This document shows positions 1 to 14,582 of a DNA stretch of 64,000 nucleotides, piece after piece. Each line of letters opens with the position of its first letter. The stretch's first letter is position 1. Source of the stretch: the human T2T-CHM13v2.0 reference genome, Homo sapiens. The position numbers were made by a program, and so were the translations under genes. The notes beneath the pieces were generated by a model. That model worked only from the letters and a program-made list of their open reading frames with translations. It ran no database searches and was not told where the DNA came from. Location of the stretch: NCBI RefSeq assembly GCF_009914755.1, contig NC_060929.1; one strand, written 5' to 3'.

Positions 1-916
1 AGAGTCCCGAGAGGACCAGTGGCCCAGGAGAAAGGGGTGTGTCTCCAGCTGCTGGGAGTGTGGGTGGGAGCCAGAGGGTTCAATGACACTGGGGACAGCA
101 AGTCCGGACTGGAGGGAGGAGACCTCCTGAACAGGGTCCCCAGCACAGAGGCAGAAAGGAGACTCTGTGACTGGGGGTGTCAGCTGCATCTGGACCTTCG
201 TGGTGGGGAGGGAGGCACGCCCAATAGCCCGTCTGAACGGGAGGTGGCTCAGGGATCCCCCATTGTGCTGGTGGGGTGCCCAGAGACTCCAGGACTCCAC
301 GTGGGGCTCTGCCTGCTAAACCCTGAGACTTTAGGGGCAGTGGCTCCCACGGCAGGGTCATCCTTTTTCTGCACAGTCCCACTGGCTGCCCCAGGTCCTG
401 CAGAGACCTGAGACTTTGGGGACAAGCACAGGGGACAGGTGGGCGTGGATGGCCTGTGCCGGTCAAGGGCAGTGGGAAGGAAGGAGGAGCAGTTTCCTTC
501 TGTACCCAGGAAATAGAGTAACAAAGTGTCTCATTCCAGTTGGTTCTGGTGGGACAGGGTAGGTGGAAGGGAACCCGTGCTTGCCCTGAGACATGGGGGT
601 GCTGTCTTCCCATGCAGGGGGACTGCGGCTCACCACCATCACATTCTACCCACAGGTTCTTATTTTAACAGATCACAAAGGTACTATGTGCTTCTTGCAA
701 AAATTTACAGGAATTGTAGACTTTTCAAAAAGTAAAAAGAAATTAAAGTTCACCTGTTACCTCAGAGTTATCCAGCTACACATTTTCTGTGCATAATTCA
801 CTTTACAAAAATTGGATCAAGATAAAACTAATGATTTTTAAAAATACAGCAATATAGTTGCACATTGTTCCATATCAAAAAATAAATGTGTGCACCCAGG
901 GCTCCTGGCTGTCTCA

Positions 917-1203
<287 letters not shown>

Positions 1204-2545
1204 GCCCATTTACTCAGCCCACATTTTTGAGCCTCTGCTATTCGACAGGAACCAGAGGTGAGCAGAGCCGACTTGGTGACCCCTGGGGACAGAGCGGCAG
1301 AACTCAGCAATTCTGGGCTGCCCTGCAGGAGCTACACCCGGGGAGGGGCGGTGGCCACTTGGGGGCAGGGTGGGCTTCTCAGCTGCGCCCACCCCACCTT
1401 GGGAGCTGTGTCTGGAAAAGAGACTTTTCCTGAGCCGACAGCAGACAGCGAGTGCAAAGGCCCCAAGGCCCGCACGCCTTATTCAGAGAACAGCAGGAGG
1501 CGCGGGGCGGGTTGGGGGCGTCAGGGAGACGGGGTTTGACTGAGAACCTGGGGGCGCCAGTGACAGCCTCGGCCGCGTTGCTGAAAACCGACCTTGCGGG
1601 ATGAAGAGGGCGCGGTTCCCCCGGCTGGGATGAGGACCGCGGATGCTGAGGAGCGGACTCCAGGGACCACCGACTCCATGGCCGGCCCCAGCGAGGGCGA
1701 GAACGGGTGGAAGCCGGCCAGGGTCTGTGGAGACGTCAGGGTGCGAGGCCAGGCTGAGGTGTCCCCAGGGATCCCCTGAGGGTACAGGGAATTCAGCCAG
1801 GGCCTGCGCGCCCGGACGGAGGACTAGAGGGGGCCAAGGACCACCGGGAGGGGGAAGGAGAAGGCGCAGCCCGAGGTCGGAGGGGCCGGCGGGCGCGCAG
1901 AGGGCGCGGGGTGAGCCCTAAGGACCTGCAGGCAGGACCCTGCTCTCGGCCGCGCGGTCCCGGGTGCCGACCGGCGGGGTGGGCGGGGCAGGGGCACCCA
2001 GGGCCGCACACCTGCCGCGTGGGACCCTGAAATGCCCAGGACGAAGAACGTCGCACGGACGACCCTGCCGTGCCTGGCGCGCGTCCGCTTCCTGGGAAGC
2101 TCAGGATCCAAAAGCATCTTAATATTCTCTATAATTCGCCAAAAACCATGACTCCTTTTACATTTTCGAAACGACCTCATGGGGCAGGCGAGGGGGCACA
2201 CGCTCTCCTCACTTTACCTGTTCGGGTCTACACCGCCCGGCTCTAGGGCCGGCAGCTCAGCACAGCCGGCCGCGAGCGCTGGGGAGGGGACGGGGGCGCA
2301 GGGAGAACCGGGGGACCCTGGGCGCACACAGACCCCAGGGGGAACGCAGGGCCTGGAGGGGCTCAGCGCGCGACCCCCGCCTCGGGGCACGGAGACTCCG
2401 GGGGATCACTGGGACGCGAAGGGCGCAGGGCGGACCCCAGGGGAACCGGATGGCGTCTCCGGTTCGCCAGGGCAGCTGGGGCAGCCGGACCCGAGACAGC
2501 CGGACCCGCGGGCGCCCTCTGCCGCCTCCCGGCCCTGGATGCTGC

Positions 2546-2569
2546 GGGGCGGGGCGGGCGGCTCGCGTG
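2546..2569 (+). promoter_or_regulatory. Tandem GC boxes (Sp/KLF) followed by consensus XRE TCGCGTG (2563-2569)
   Basis: GGGGCGGGGCGGGCGGCTCGCGTG; TNGCGTG is the AHR:ARNT element and AHRR is a known AHR feedback target. Confidence 0.72.
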
Positions 2570-2589
2570 CCGGGGTGGGGCAGTCCCTG

Positions 2590-2700
2590 GAGCCGCCGCG
2601 GGTTCCCGGGATGCGAGCGCCGGCACCCGCCGCCACAGCTCCTGGCCAGGGCGCGCTGCCCCGCGGGTGTGCCTGAGCCTCCGCGCCCCGCAGGCCCTGG
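2590..2700 (+). other. AHRR: Probable non-coding exon 1 of AHRR (5' end approximate)
   Basis: Consensus donor CTGG|GTAAGT at 2700/2701 within the CpG island, just downstream of the GC-box/XRE cluster. Confidence 0.72.
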
Positions 2701-4825
2701 GTAAGTGTCCTGGGCGCCCCCGCAGGCCCCCGCCGCGTGCCGCCCGCGGTGGAGACGGGATGCGCTCCCGGGTGTGGGGCTGAGGGACGGGCGCCGGCGT
2801 CGGGACCCTCCTCACGCCGCATCCTCGCGTCGCCAGGCCCGGCGGCCCCGGGACGGGGCGGACACTCTGGGGTGCGGCTGGCTGGTCTCACTTAAAACTC
2901 GGACCTCGGAGGGAAGCCGCGGCGCGTCCACGGTTCGTGGTCCTCAGCGTCCCCTCGAGAGTGTTCTGAGCCTTCACTCCCCGGGCGTTCCGTGCGGGCC
3001 GCGCTCCCTGGGGCTGGGCGGGTGCGGGCGGCGGAGCGGGGCCCCGCTGTCGGGCCGAGGGCGCCAGGTCCGGGGGGCCTCACCCCCGGGAAAGGCCCAT
3101 GTTCAGGCTTGGTTTCAGTAGCACCCAGTAGCGCTGAAGTCTTATTTTGAGCGGCCAGAATTCCCAGACCGGATGCCCTGAGAGAGCGATGTGGCGCCTG
3201 GAGTCCACGCTGGGACCCCTTCTGGGGAGGGGTCGCCATGGGCGCGTGACAGGCAGGGGCCACCCTCTGACCTCTTCTGCGAGGCCGGAGGTCAGAGACC
3301 TTGTGCAGAAGCGTCCCACGGGCCTGTCCCACGGGCCTGTCCGGCTGTGGCCTCCGGGATGGCAAGGGCAGGCGGGGAGGGGCTTCCTCCCTGGGCCTCC
3401 TGTGCGCGCGCACAGGCTCTCGTCTGCGGGGTTCTTGCAGAAGGGTGGGCGTGTGCGCGCGTTCTCCAAACGCCACCCCCACGGGGCCTCACAGCCGCCC
3501 CGGCCTGGCAACCGTCACCCATTTTACGAACGAGGACATCAAGGTAGGTCGCTCATCCAGCCTCTCAGAGCAAGTGACTGGCGGCGTTTGGACTCGGGCC
3601 GAGTGTGCCATACCCATCCCGCACAAAGCCGGGGCTCGATGCGGCCCCAGAGTCGCTGAAAAGCCACGAGTAACAAGAACTGGAGAACGTAGGATGCTGA
3701 CCCGGCGGACGCCGCCGCCTGGGGAGCCGCTTCGACGGGGGGGACGCCACCGCCTGGGGAACGGCTTTTATTTTCGTTTTCTTACTTATCTGTATTCTCT
3801 AAAATGAACAGACACGAGTTTTACCACGGGAGAAAGGTTCTTAGAAAAATTCAGATTTCTCAGAGGAGTGCTGTCAGCTCACAGCCTGGTGGGGTTGGGA
3901 GGCCCCAGATGGCCCTGGCCGACCCCTCTGTCCCGTGTGGGACCTGCCCGTGAGCAGCACCCAGGAGTCTGTCGAGGCCCCACCCGTGGTCCCCGGCTGA
4001 GCCCCTGGCTGCAGTGGGTAGGGTCCTCCCCTGTCCCCCAATTACCTATGAGGCAGCTTCGACCTGTGTCCCAGGCAGAGAAGAACGCTGCCGTCAGGAG
4101 GCCGGGGACAGCTGAGTCTTGCCTCACAGGGGCATTTCTGTGGGGAGTTTGGTCCAGTCCAAAGGAGGCTCCATCTGTTGAGGTGAGTTCATGAGTATTT
4201 TGTAAAATGGAACAACCTATTGTAATAGCATCCCTCCTCCTGTATTTAGGCTAGGTATGGCAAGAACTGAGACACACTTCCCTGCCACCCCCTCGCATCT
4301 CTGCCAGTAGGGCCAGGAAGTTCAGATATGCTCAGGTGACCACCTGAACTCCGCGAGGCTTTTCTCTAAAGTATTATCAGCAACTGTTTCTCAAACTACT
4401 TTATCTTGATCCTTGTGCCAAATTATTTATTTCCTGCAACTGTGAGGCCCCTCCTTCATGTGGCCTGGTGTTCCCGGGAGCAGGCCTTGTGATCAGAGGG
4501 AGACGGCTTGTGGCTTAACAGGGTCTTCCCACCTCGTTCACCCGTGCTGGGTGCTGAGACGCCGGGGGAGGGGGAGGCAGCTGTGGTTCCAGCCGTCGTC
4601 ATTTGCAATGCAGTTGGAGAGATGCCGCCGGGTGGCCCTGACCAGTGTTAAGTGGTTAATACGACACAGAAGCGGGAAAGCGCCATGTGGTCTGGGGTGA
4701 TCAGGCATTGAAGGAGACTCAACGGAGCTCCTTGCGGAGGAGAGTCGGCTCACAGACAGGCAGGAATGAACAGGCCGATCTGCTAGGGGCTGATGACTCG
4801 GGTAGGAAAGACTTGGCGGCCCTGA

Positions 4826-5262
<437 letters not shown>

Positions 5263-5354
5263 TAGCTGTTTCAATGCGATGAGTTATAGCCAAAGGTGCT
5301 TCCACTTGGAATTTTTTTTTTAATAAAAATATATTCATTTATATAAAAAAATTA

Positions 5355-5718
<364 letters not shown>

Positions 5719-6625
5719 TTATTCAGGGGGCACTGGCTGTGGGGAGGGGGTAGGCAGGCCAGCTCCTTGGATTTCCTCGGGGCCCCTCCCCCACACCGCC
5801 CACAGGGAATATTTATCTGCTTCTGGTGATTTTTACCAGAACCCTTGATTTTAGAACCGTTCCACAGCACTGAGCTGGAGACACCTGGGAGAACGTGGCT
5901 TTGCCCAGGCGTTGCAGGGCGAGTAGTCACTGGTATGTGAGGCTGAGGAGGGCAACGAGGCTTCCGTCTCAATTCCGGCTACTCGGAAGGGAGTTTGGGA
6001 TTTTGGGGACAAGAAGGATCTGCACTAGCCCCACCTCTGACAACATCCCCTGCCCCGCTTCATCTTCCCAGCTGTCCCACCACCCCCCGACCCGCTCTTG
6101 CCCTGTGGCTCTGCACTCATTTGGGGACGAGGGTTGGTCAGGCTGGTGGTGCCTGGGCTCAGGGTCTTCTGGGGCTGGTGTAGGTCACCCTATCCCCTTT
6201 ACCTTCCTTGACCTCAAGGGGTGGTCGAGTGGGTTTGCTCTATGCCCGGCCCACCTTGGGGTGCTGGGAACCGTCTCTGGCCTGTTCTCCCCACCAGACT
6301 GGGGCCAGGCTTGGGTGCGGCTTGGGAGTTTCCTGTTTGAGTCGAAAGGCCTTGCAGTTCTGATGGGATGTCCTTGCAGGCTGGCCTCCAGCCACCAAGT
6401 GCCCAACCTGGTTTCTGGGAGAAGTGCACTGGGCCAGACACGTGACCATGATGGAGAGGAGGCTGGGCATCCCACAGCACCTCGGGGGGAGGGCTGGACC
6501 CTTCCGAAGCATCCGTCCCACCCTCCGCACCACCTCCACCCACCCACCGGCATCTGTCCCTGCTCCAATCTGCCATTTGCTTTCTTTCTTAACATTCCAC
6601 ATATTTTGCTTATATTTATTTGTAA

Positions 6626-8123
<1,498 letters not shown>

Positions 8124-8666
8124 TTAAATTGTACACATTTATGGGTTCATGTGTAATTTTGTTACATGCATAGATTGCATAGTGATCAAGTCAAAGTTTT
8201 TAGGGCGCCCATTACCCAAATAATGTACATTGTACTCCTTAACTAAAATCTCATCAGCCGGGCCCTTGTCACCCCCTCACCCTTCCAGGTCTCTGTCATC
8301 CATCATTCCACTCACTACGTCCGTGTGTATACAAATTCAGCACCTACTTGTGAGTGAGAACACGTGACATTTGACTTTCTGTGCCTGGCTTGTTTCGCTT
8401 AATGACCTCCAGTTCCATCCATGTTGCTGCAAAAGACATGATTTCATTCTTTTTTTATGGCTGAATAATATTCAATTGTGTATATATACCACATTTTCTT
8501 TTGATTAATCCACTGATGGGAACTTAGGTTTATTCCATCTCTTTGCGATTGTGAATAGTGCTGCAATAAACATATGAGTGCAGGCGTCTTTTTGATATAT
8601 TGATTTCTTTTCCATTGGGTATAGACCTAGTAGTGGGACTGCTGGATTAAATAGCAGTTCTATTTT

Positions 8667-9025
8667 ATTTTATTTTATTTTATTATTACTATACTTTAAG
8701 TTCTAGGGTACATGTGCACAACGTGCAGGTTTGTTACATATGTATACATGTGCCATGTTGGTGTGCTGCACCCATTAACTCGTCATTTAGCATTAGGTAT
8801 ATCTCCTAATGCTATCCCTCCCCGCTCCCCCTACCCTACAACAGTCCCCAGAGTGTGATGTTCCCCTCCCTGTGTCCATGCGTTCTCATTGTTCAATTCC
8901 CACCTATGAGTGAGAACATGCGGTGTTTGTTTTTTTGTCCTTGTGATAGTTTGCTGAGAATGATGGTTTCCAGTTTCATCCATGTCCCTACAAAGGACAT
9001 GAACTCATCATTTTTGATGGCTGTG
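8667..9025 (-). mobile_element. 5'-truncated young L1PA 3' end (~360 bp)
   Basis: TATACTTTAAGTTCTAGGGTACATGTGCACAACGTGCAGG... is the L1PA 3' terminus; TSD GCAGTTCTATTTT at 8654-8666 and 9026-9038. Confidence 0.92.
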
Positions 9026-9143
9026 GCAGTTCTATTTTTGATTCTTTGAGAAATCTCCATGCTGTTTTCCATAGAGGCTGTACTAGTTTACATTCCCGCC
9101 AATAGTGTATGAGTTCCCTTTTCTCTGCATCCTCACCAACATC

Positions 9144-9440
<297 letters not shown>

Positions 9441-9826
9441 ATCTTTTTAATAATAGCCATTCTGACTGGTGTAAGATGATATCTCATTGTTGTTTTATTT
9501 TGCATTTCTCTGATGATTAGTGATGTGGGGTATTTTTTCATATACCTGTTGGCCATTTGTATCTCTTCTTTTAAAAACTGTCTATTCATGTCCTTTGCTT
9601 ACTTTTTAATGGGATCACTTGGGTTTTTTTGTTGTTGCCATCGTTCAATTGTTTGAGTTCCTCGTATATTCTGGTTACTACTCCCCTGTTGGATGAATAG
9701 TTTGCAAATATTTTCTCCCGTTTAACAGGTTATATTGTCACTCTGTTTATTATTTCTTTTGCTGTGCAGAAGGTTTTTAGTTTAAGACCCATACTATAGT
9801 CTGTGGTGTAATTTGAAATCATGTAG

Positions 9827-10020
9827 TGATATGGTTAGGTTTTGTGTCCCCACCCAAATCTCATCCTGAATTATAATCCTCAGGTGTTTAGGGAGAGACC
9901 TGGTGGGAAGTGATTGGATTATGGGGGCAGTTTCCTCCATGCTGTTCTCATGACAGTGAGTGAATTCTCATAAGATCTGATGGTTTGATAAATGGTAGTT
10001 TTTCCTGCGCTGACACACAC
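9827..10020 (+). mobile_element. THE1/MST (MaLR) LTR fragment
   Basis: TGATATGGTTAGG...TGTGTCCCCACCCAAATCTCATC...GATTATGGGGGCAGTTTCC..CATGCTGTTCTCATGA. Confidence 0.82.
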
Positions 10021-10094
10021 ACCTCTGTCTTTTTTGGTCCTTATGAATTTTAGGATTATTTTTCTTTTTCTCTTTTCTTCTCCTCCTCCTTCTT

Positions 10095-10395
10095 CTCTCT
10101 TTTTTGCTTCGAGATGGGATCTTGCTTTGTCACCCAGGCTAGAGTGCATTGGCGCATAGCTCACTGCAACCTCGAATTCCTGGGCCCAAGAGATTGTCTG
10201 GCCTCTGCCTCCTGAGTAACTGGACTATGGGTGTGTGCCACCATGCCTGACTAATTTTAAATTAAAATATGTTTTTGTAGAGATGAGGTCTCACTGTGTT
10301 GTTCAGGCTGGTCTCAAACTCCTGGCCTCAAGCAGTCTTCTTGCTTTGGCCTCCCAAAGTGCTAGGATTACAAGTGTGAGCTACCATGCCCAGCC
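10095..10395 (-). mobile_element. Alu (J-type)
   Basis: Diverged antisense Alu dimer. Confidence 0.9.
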
Positions 10396-11273
10396 TGAGA
10401 TTGTTTTTTCTAATTCTGTGAAAAATTACTTTGGTATTTTGATAGGGATTATACTGAATCTATAGATTGCCTTGGGCAGTGTGGTCATTTTAACAATGTG
10501 AATTCTTCTGATCTATGAACATGGATGTTTTCGTGTTTGTGTCATCTACAATTTTCTTTCATCAGTGTTTTGTAATTTTCCTTGTAGAGTTTTATTCTCA
10601 GGTATTTTTTAATGGTTATTGTAAATGAGATTGTCTTCTTGATTTCTTTCTCAGCTAGATCATTATTGGTGTAAAGAAATGCTACTGATTTTTATATGTT
10701 GCTTTTGTATTCTACAACTTTACTGAATTCACTTATCAAATCTAAGAGTTTTTTTGGTAGAATCTTTAGGTTTTTTTAGATATAAAATCATATTGGCAGA
10801 TAGGAATAATTTGACTTCCTCTTTTCCAGTCTGAATGCCTTTTATGTACTTTCTCCTGCCTGATCGCTCTGGATAGGACTTTCAGTATTATATTGAATAG
10901 GAGTGGTGAAAGTGGGCATTCTTGTCATGTTCCAGTTCTTAGGGGAAATGCTTTCAACTTTTCCTCATTCAGTATGATGTTAGCTGTGGGTCTGTAATAA
11001 ATAGCCTTTATTATTTTGTGGTATGTTCCTTCTGTGCCTAGTTTTTTGAGGATTTTTATCATTAAGGGATCTGAAATTTATTAAAGGCATTTTCTGCATC
11101 TATTGAGTTGATCGTATGGTTTTTGTCCTTGATTCTGTTTATGTGATGTATTACATTTATTAATTTGCATATGTTGAACCATCCTTGTATCCCTGATACA
11201 AAGCCTACTTGATTGTGGTATATTATCTTTCTGATGGGCTGTTGGATTCAGTTAGTTAATATTTTGTTGAAGA

Positions 11274-11556
11274 TTTTTTTTGAGACAGGGTCTCACTCTG
11301 TCACCCAGGCTGGACTACAGTGGCACCATCTTGGCTCACTGTAACCTCTGCCTCCTAAGTTCAAGCAATTCTCATGCCTCAGCCTCCCGAGTAGCTAGGC
11401 TTACAGGTGCACACCACCATGCCCTGATAATTTTTGCATTTTTAGTAGAGACAGCATTTTGCCATGTTGGGCAGGCTGGCCTCAAATTCCTGGCCTCAAG
11501 TGATCCACCTGCCTTGGCCTCCCAAAGTGGGATTACAGCGTGAGCCACTGTGCGCC
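11274..11556 (-). mobile_element. Alu (J/S-type)
   Basis: TTTTGAGACAGGGTCTCACTCTGTCACCCAGGCTGG...GTGAGCCACTGTGCGCC. Confidence 0.92.
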
Positions 11557-11727
11557 GCGGAGGATTTTTGAGTCTATGTTCATCAGGGATATTGGTCTGT
11601 AGTTTTCTTTTTCTGTTGTGTCTTTGTCTGATTTTGGTATCTGCGTGATATGGGCCTTCTAGAATGAGTTAGGGAGCATTCTCTCCTACTCAATTTTTTG
11701 GAACAGTTTCAGGAAGATTGGTCTTAG

Positions 11728-12061
<334 letters not shown>

Positions 12062-12500
12062 AGTTGTGAGCTTTTCTTTTGGGGGAGGTTTTTAATTACT
12101 GATTAAATCCCACTTTTCATTACTTATCTGTTCAGGTTTTCTATTTATTCCTGGTTCAGTCTTGGGAGATTGTATGTTTCCAGGAATTTATCCATTTCCT
12201 CTAGGTTTTCTAATCTGTGAGCATATAGTTGTTCATAATAGTCTCTGATGATCTTTTGTATTTCTGTGGTATTAGTTGTAATGTCTCCTTTTTCATTTCT
12301 GATTTTGTTTATTTGGGTCTTCTCTCTGTTAGTCTAGCAGTCTCTATTTCGTTTAGCACTGCTCTGGTCTTTGTTATTTCTTTTCTTCTGCTAATTTTGG
12401 TTTGGTTTGTTCTCGCTTTTCTAGTTCTTTGAGGCACATAATTAGATTGTTAACTTGTAATCTTTCTACTTTTTTGATATAGACATTTAATACTATAAAC

Positions 12501-12841
12501 CAGGGGTCCTCAACCCCCAGGCCTCGGACCGGTACCTGTCCATGGCTCGCTAGGAACCAGGCCAAACAGCAGGAGTGAGTGGTGGACGGGTGAGCATTAC
12601 CACCTGAGCTCTTCCTCCTGTCAGATCAGCAGCAGCATTAGATTCTCATAGGAGCACAAACCCTATTGTGAACTGTGCTTACGAAGGATCTAGGTTGCAC
12701 GTTCCTTATGATAATCTAATGCCTAATAATCTGAGATGGAACAGTTTCATCCCAAAACCATCCCTACCGACATCTGCAGTCAGTGGAAAAATTGTCTTCC
12801 ACAAAACCAGTACATGATGCCAAAAAGGTTGGGGACCACCA
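12501..12841. mobile_element. MER1-type (hAT-Charlie) non-autonomous DNA transposon
   Basis: Termini CAGGGGTCCTCAACC... / ...GGTTGGGGACCAC; 8-bp TSD CTATAAAC at 12493-12500 and 12842-12849. Confidence 0.88.
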
Positions 12842-13155
12842 CTATAAACTTCCCTCTTAGCACTGCTTTTGCTATATCCCATAGGTTTTTAAAGTATGTC
12901 GTGTTTAATTTTCATTTGTTTCAGCAATTTTTAAATTTCCATCTTAATCTCTTTGTTGACCCAGGAGCATATTGTTTAATTTCCATGTATGTATAGTTTC
13001 CAGAGTTGCTCTTGGTATTTATTTATGATTTTATTCCACTGTGGTTTGAGAAGATACTTAATATAATTTTAATTTTTAAACATTTGTTGAGAGGAAGAGG
13101 AGGAGAAGCAGGAGGAAGAAGAAGAAAAAAAGAAGAAAGAAAAATCTGTTAAGAC

Positions 13156-13458
13156 TTTTTTTTTTTTTTTTTTTTTTTAAGGCAGAGTCTCACTCTGTTG
13201 CCCAGGCTGGAGTGCAGTGGCATGATCTCGGCTCACCACAACCTCCGCCTCCTGGGTTCAAGTGATTCTCCTGCCTCAGCCTCCTGAGTAGCTGGGACTA
13301 CGGGTGTGCACCACCATGCCCAGCTAATTTTTGTATTTTTAGTAGAGATGGTGTTTCACCATGTTGGCCAGGCTGGTCTCGAACTCCTGACCTCATGATC
13401 CACCCGCCTCGGCCTCCCAAAGTGCTGGGATTACAGGTGTGAGCCACTGCACCTGGCC
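13156..13458 (-). mobile_element. Alu (S-type)
   Basis: Poly-T then antisense Alu dimer. Confidence 0.95.
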
Positions 13459-13965
13459 AATACTTGTTTTGTGGCATAATATATGGTCTGTCTTGGAGAA
13501 TGTCCCATGTGCTGATGAAAAGAACGTATCTTCTGCAGTTGTTGGGGAGAATATTCTATAATGTAAATGTATGTGGAGGCCTAAAGTCCAGTTGAAATCC
13601 CATGTTTCTTTGCTGATTTTCCATTTAGCTGATCTGTCTAATGCCATGAGTAGTGTGTTGAAGTCCCCACTATTACTGTATTGCTCTCTCTCTCTCTTTA
13701 GTTCTAGGAATATTTGTTTTATAAATCTGGGTGCACCAATGTTGGATGCATATGTATGTAGAATTGTTTTATCCTCTTGCCTAATTGATCCCTTTATCAT
13801 TATATAATAAATGACCTTTGTCTTTTTTTTTTTTTTTACTGTTTTTGGCGTAAAGTCTGTTTTATCTGATATGAGTATAGCTACTGCTGTTCGCTTTTGG
13901 TTTCCGTCTGTGTGGAATGTATTTCCCCACCCCACCCCCCGCCTTTACTTTCAATCTGTATGTGT

Positions 13966-14096
13966 CTTTTTAAAAAAATAGAGACAGGATCTCGCTATGT
14001 TGCCTAGGCTGGTCTCAAACTCCTGGCCTCAAGCAATCCTCCCATCTTGACCTCCCAAAGTGCTGAGATTACAGGCTTGAGGAACAATGCCCAGCC
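13966..14096 (-). mobile_element. Alu monomer (FLAM-like)
   Basis: Single left-arm sequence AGAGACAGGATCTCGCTATGTTGCCTAGGCTGG...GCCCAGCC. Confidence 0.85.
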
Positions 14097-14202
14097 TATG
14101 TGTGCCTTTAGTGGTAAAGTGAGTTTCTTGTATGCAGCATATAGTTGAATCATGCTTTTAAAAATCCATTCTGCCAATCAGTGTCTTTAAAGTGGAACAT
14201 TT

Positions 14203-14582
<380 letters not shown>

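Larger units (their letters stand above)
1480..3760. promoter_or_regulatory. AHRR: CpG island / AHRR promoter
   Basis: Very GC- and CpG-dense stretch surrounding the exon-1 donor; several GC boxes and GCGTG cores. Confidence 0.88.

Noticed and set aside
1-900. Exons of the upstream neighbour PDCD6
   Set aside because: No EF-hand coding sequence recognisable; the gene presumably lies outside the window.
2577-2587. NF-kB-like site GGGGCAGTCCC in the promoter
   Set aside because: Mismatches the GGGRNWYYCC consensus; cannot be supported from sequence alone.
1594-3807. Many 100-200-aa ORFs in the promoter island
   Set aside because: GC-content artefacts; only the short ATG-initiated uORF at 2611 has a plausible transcript context.
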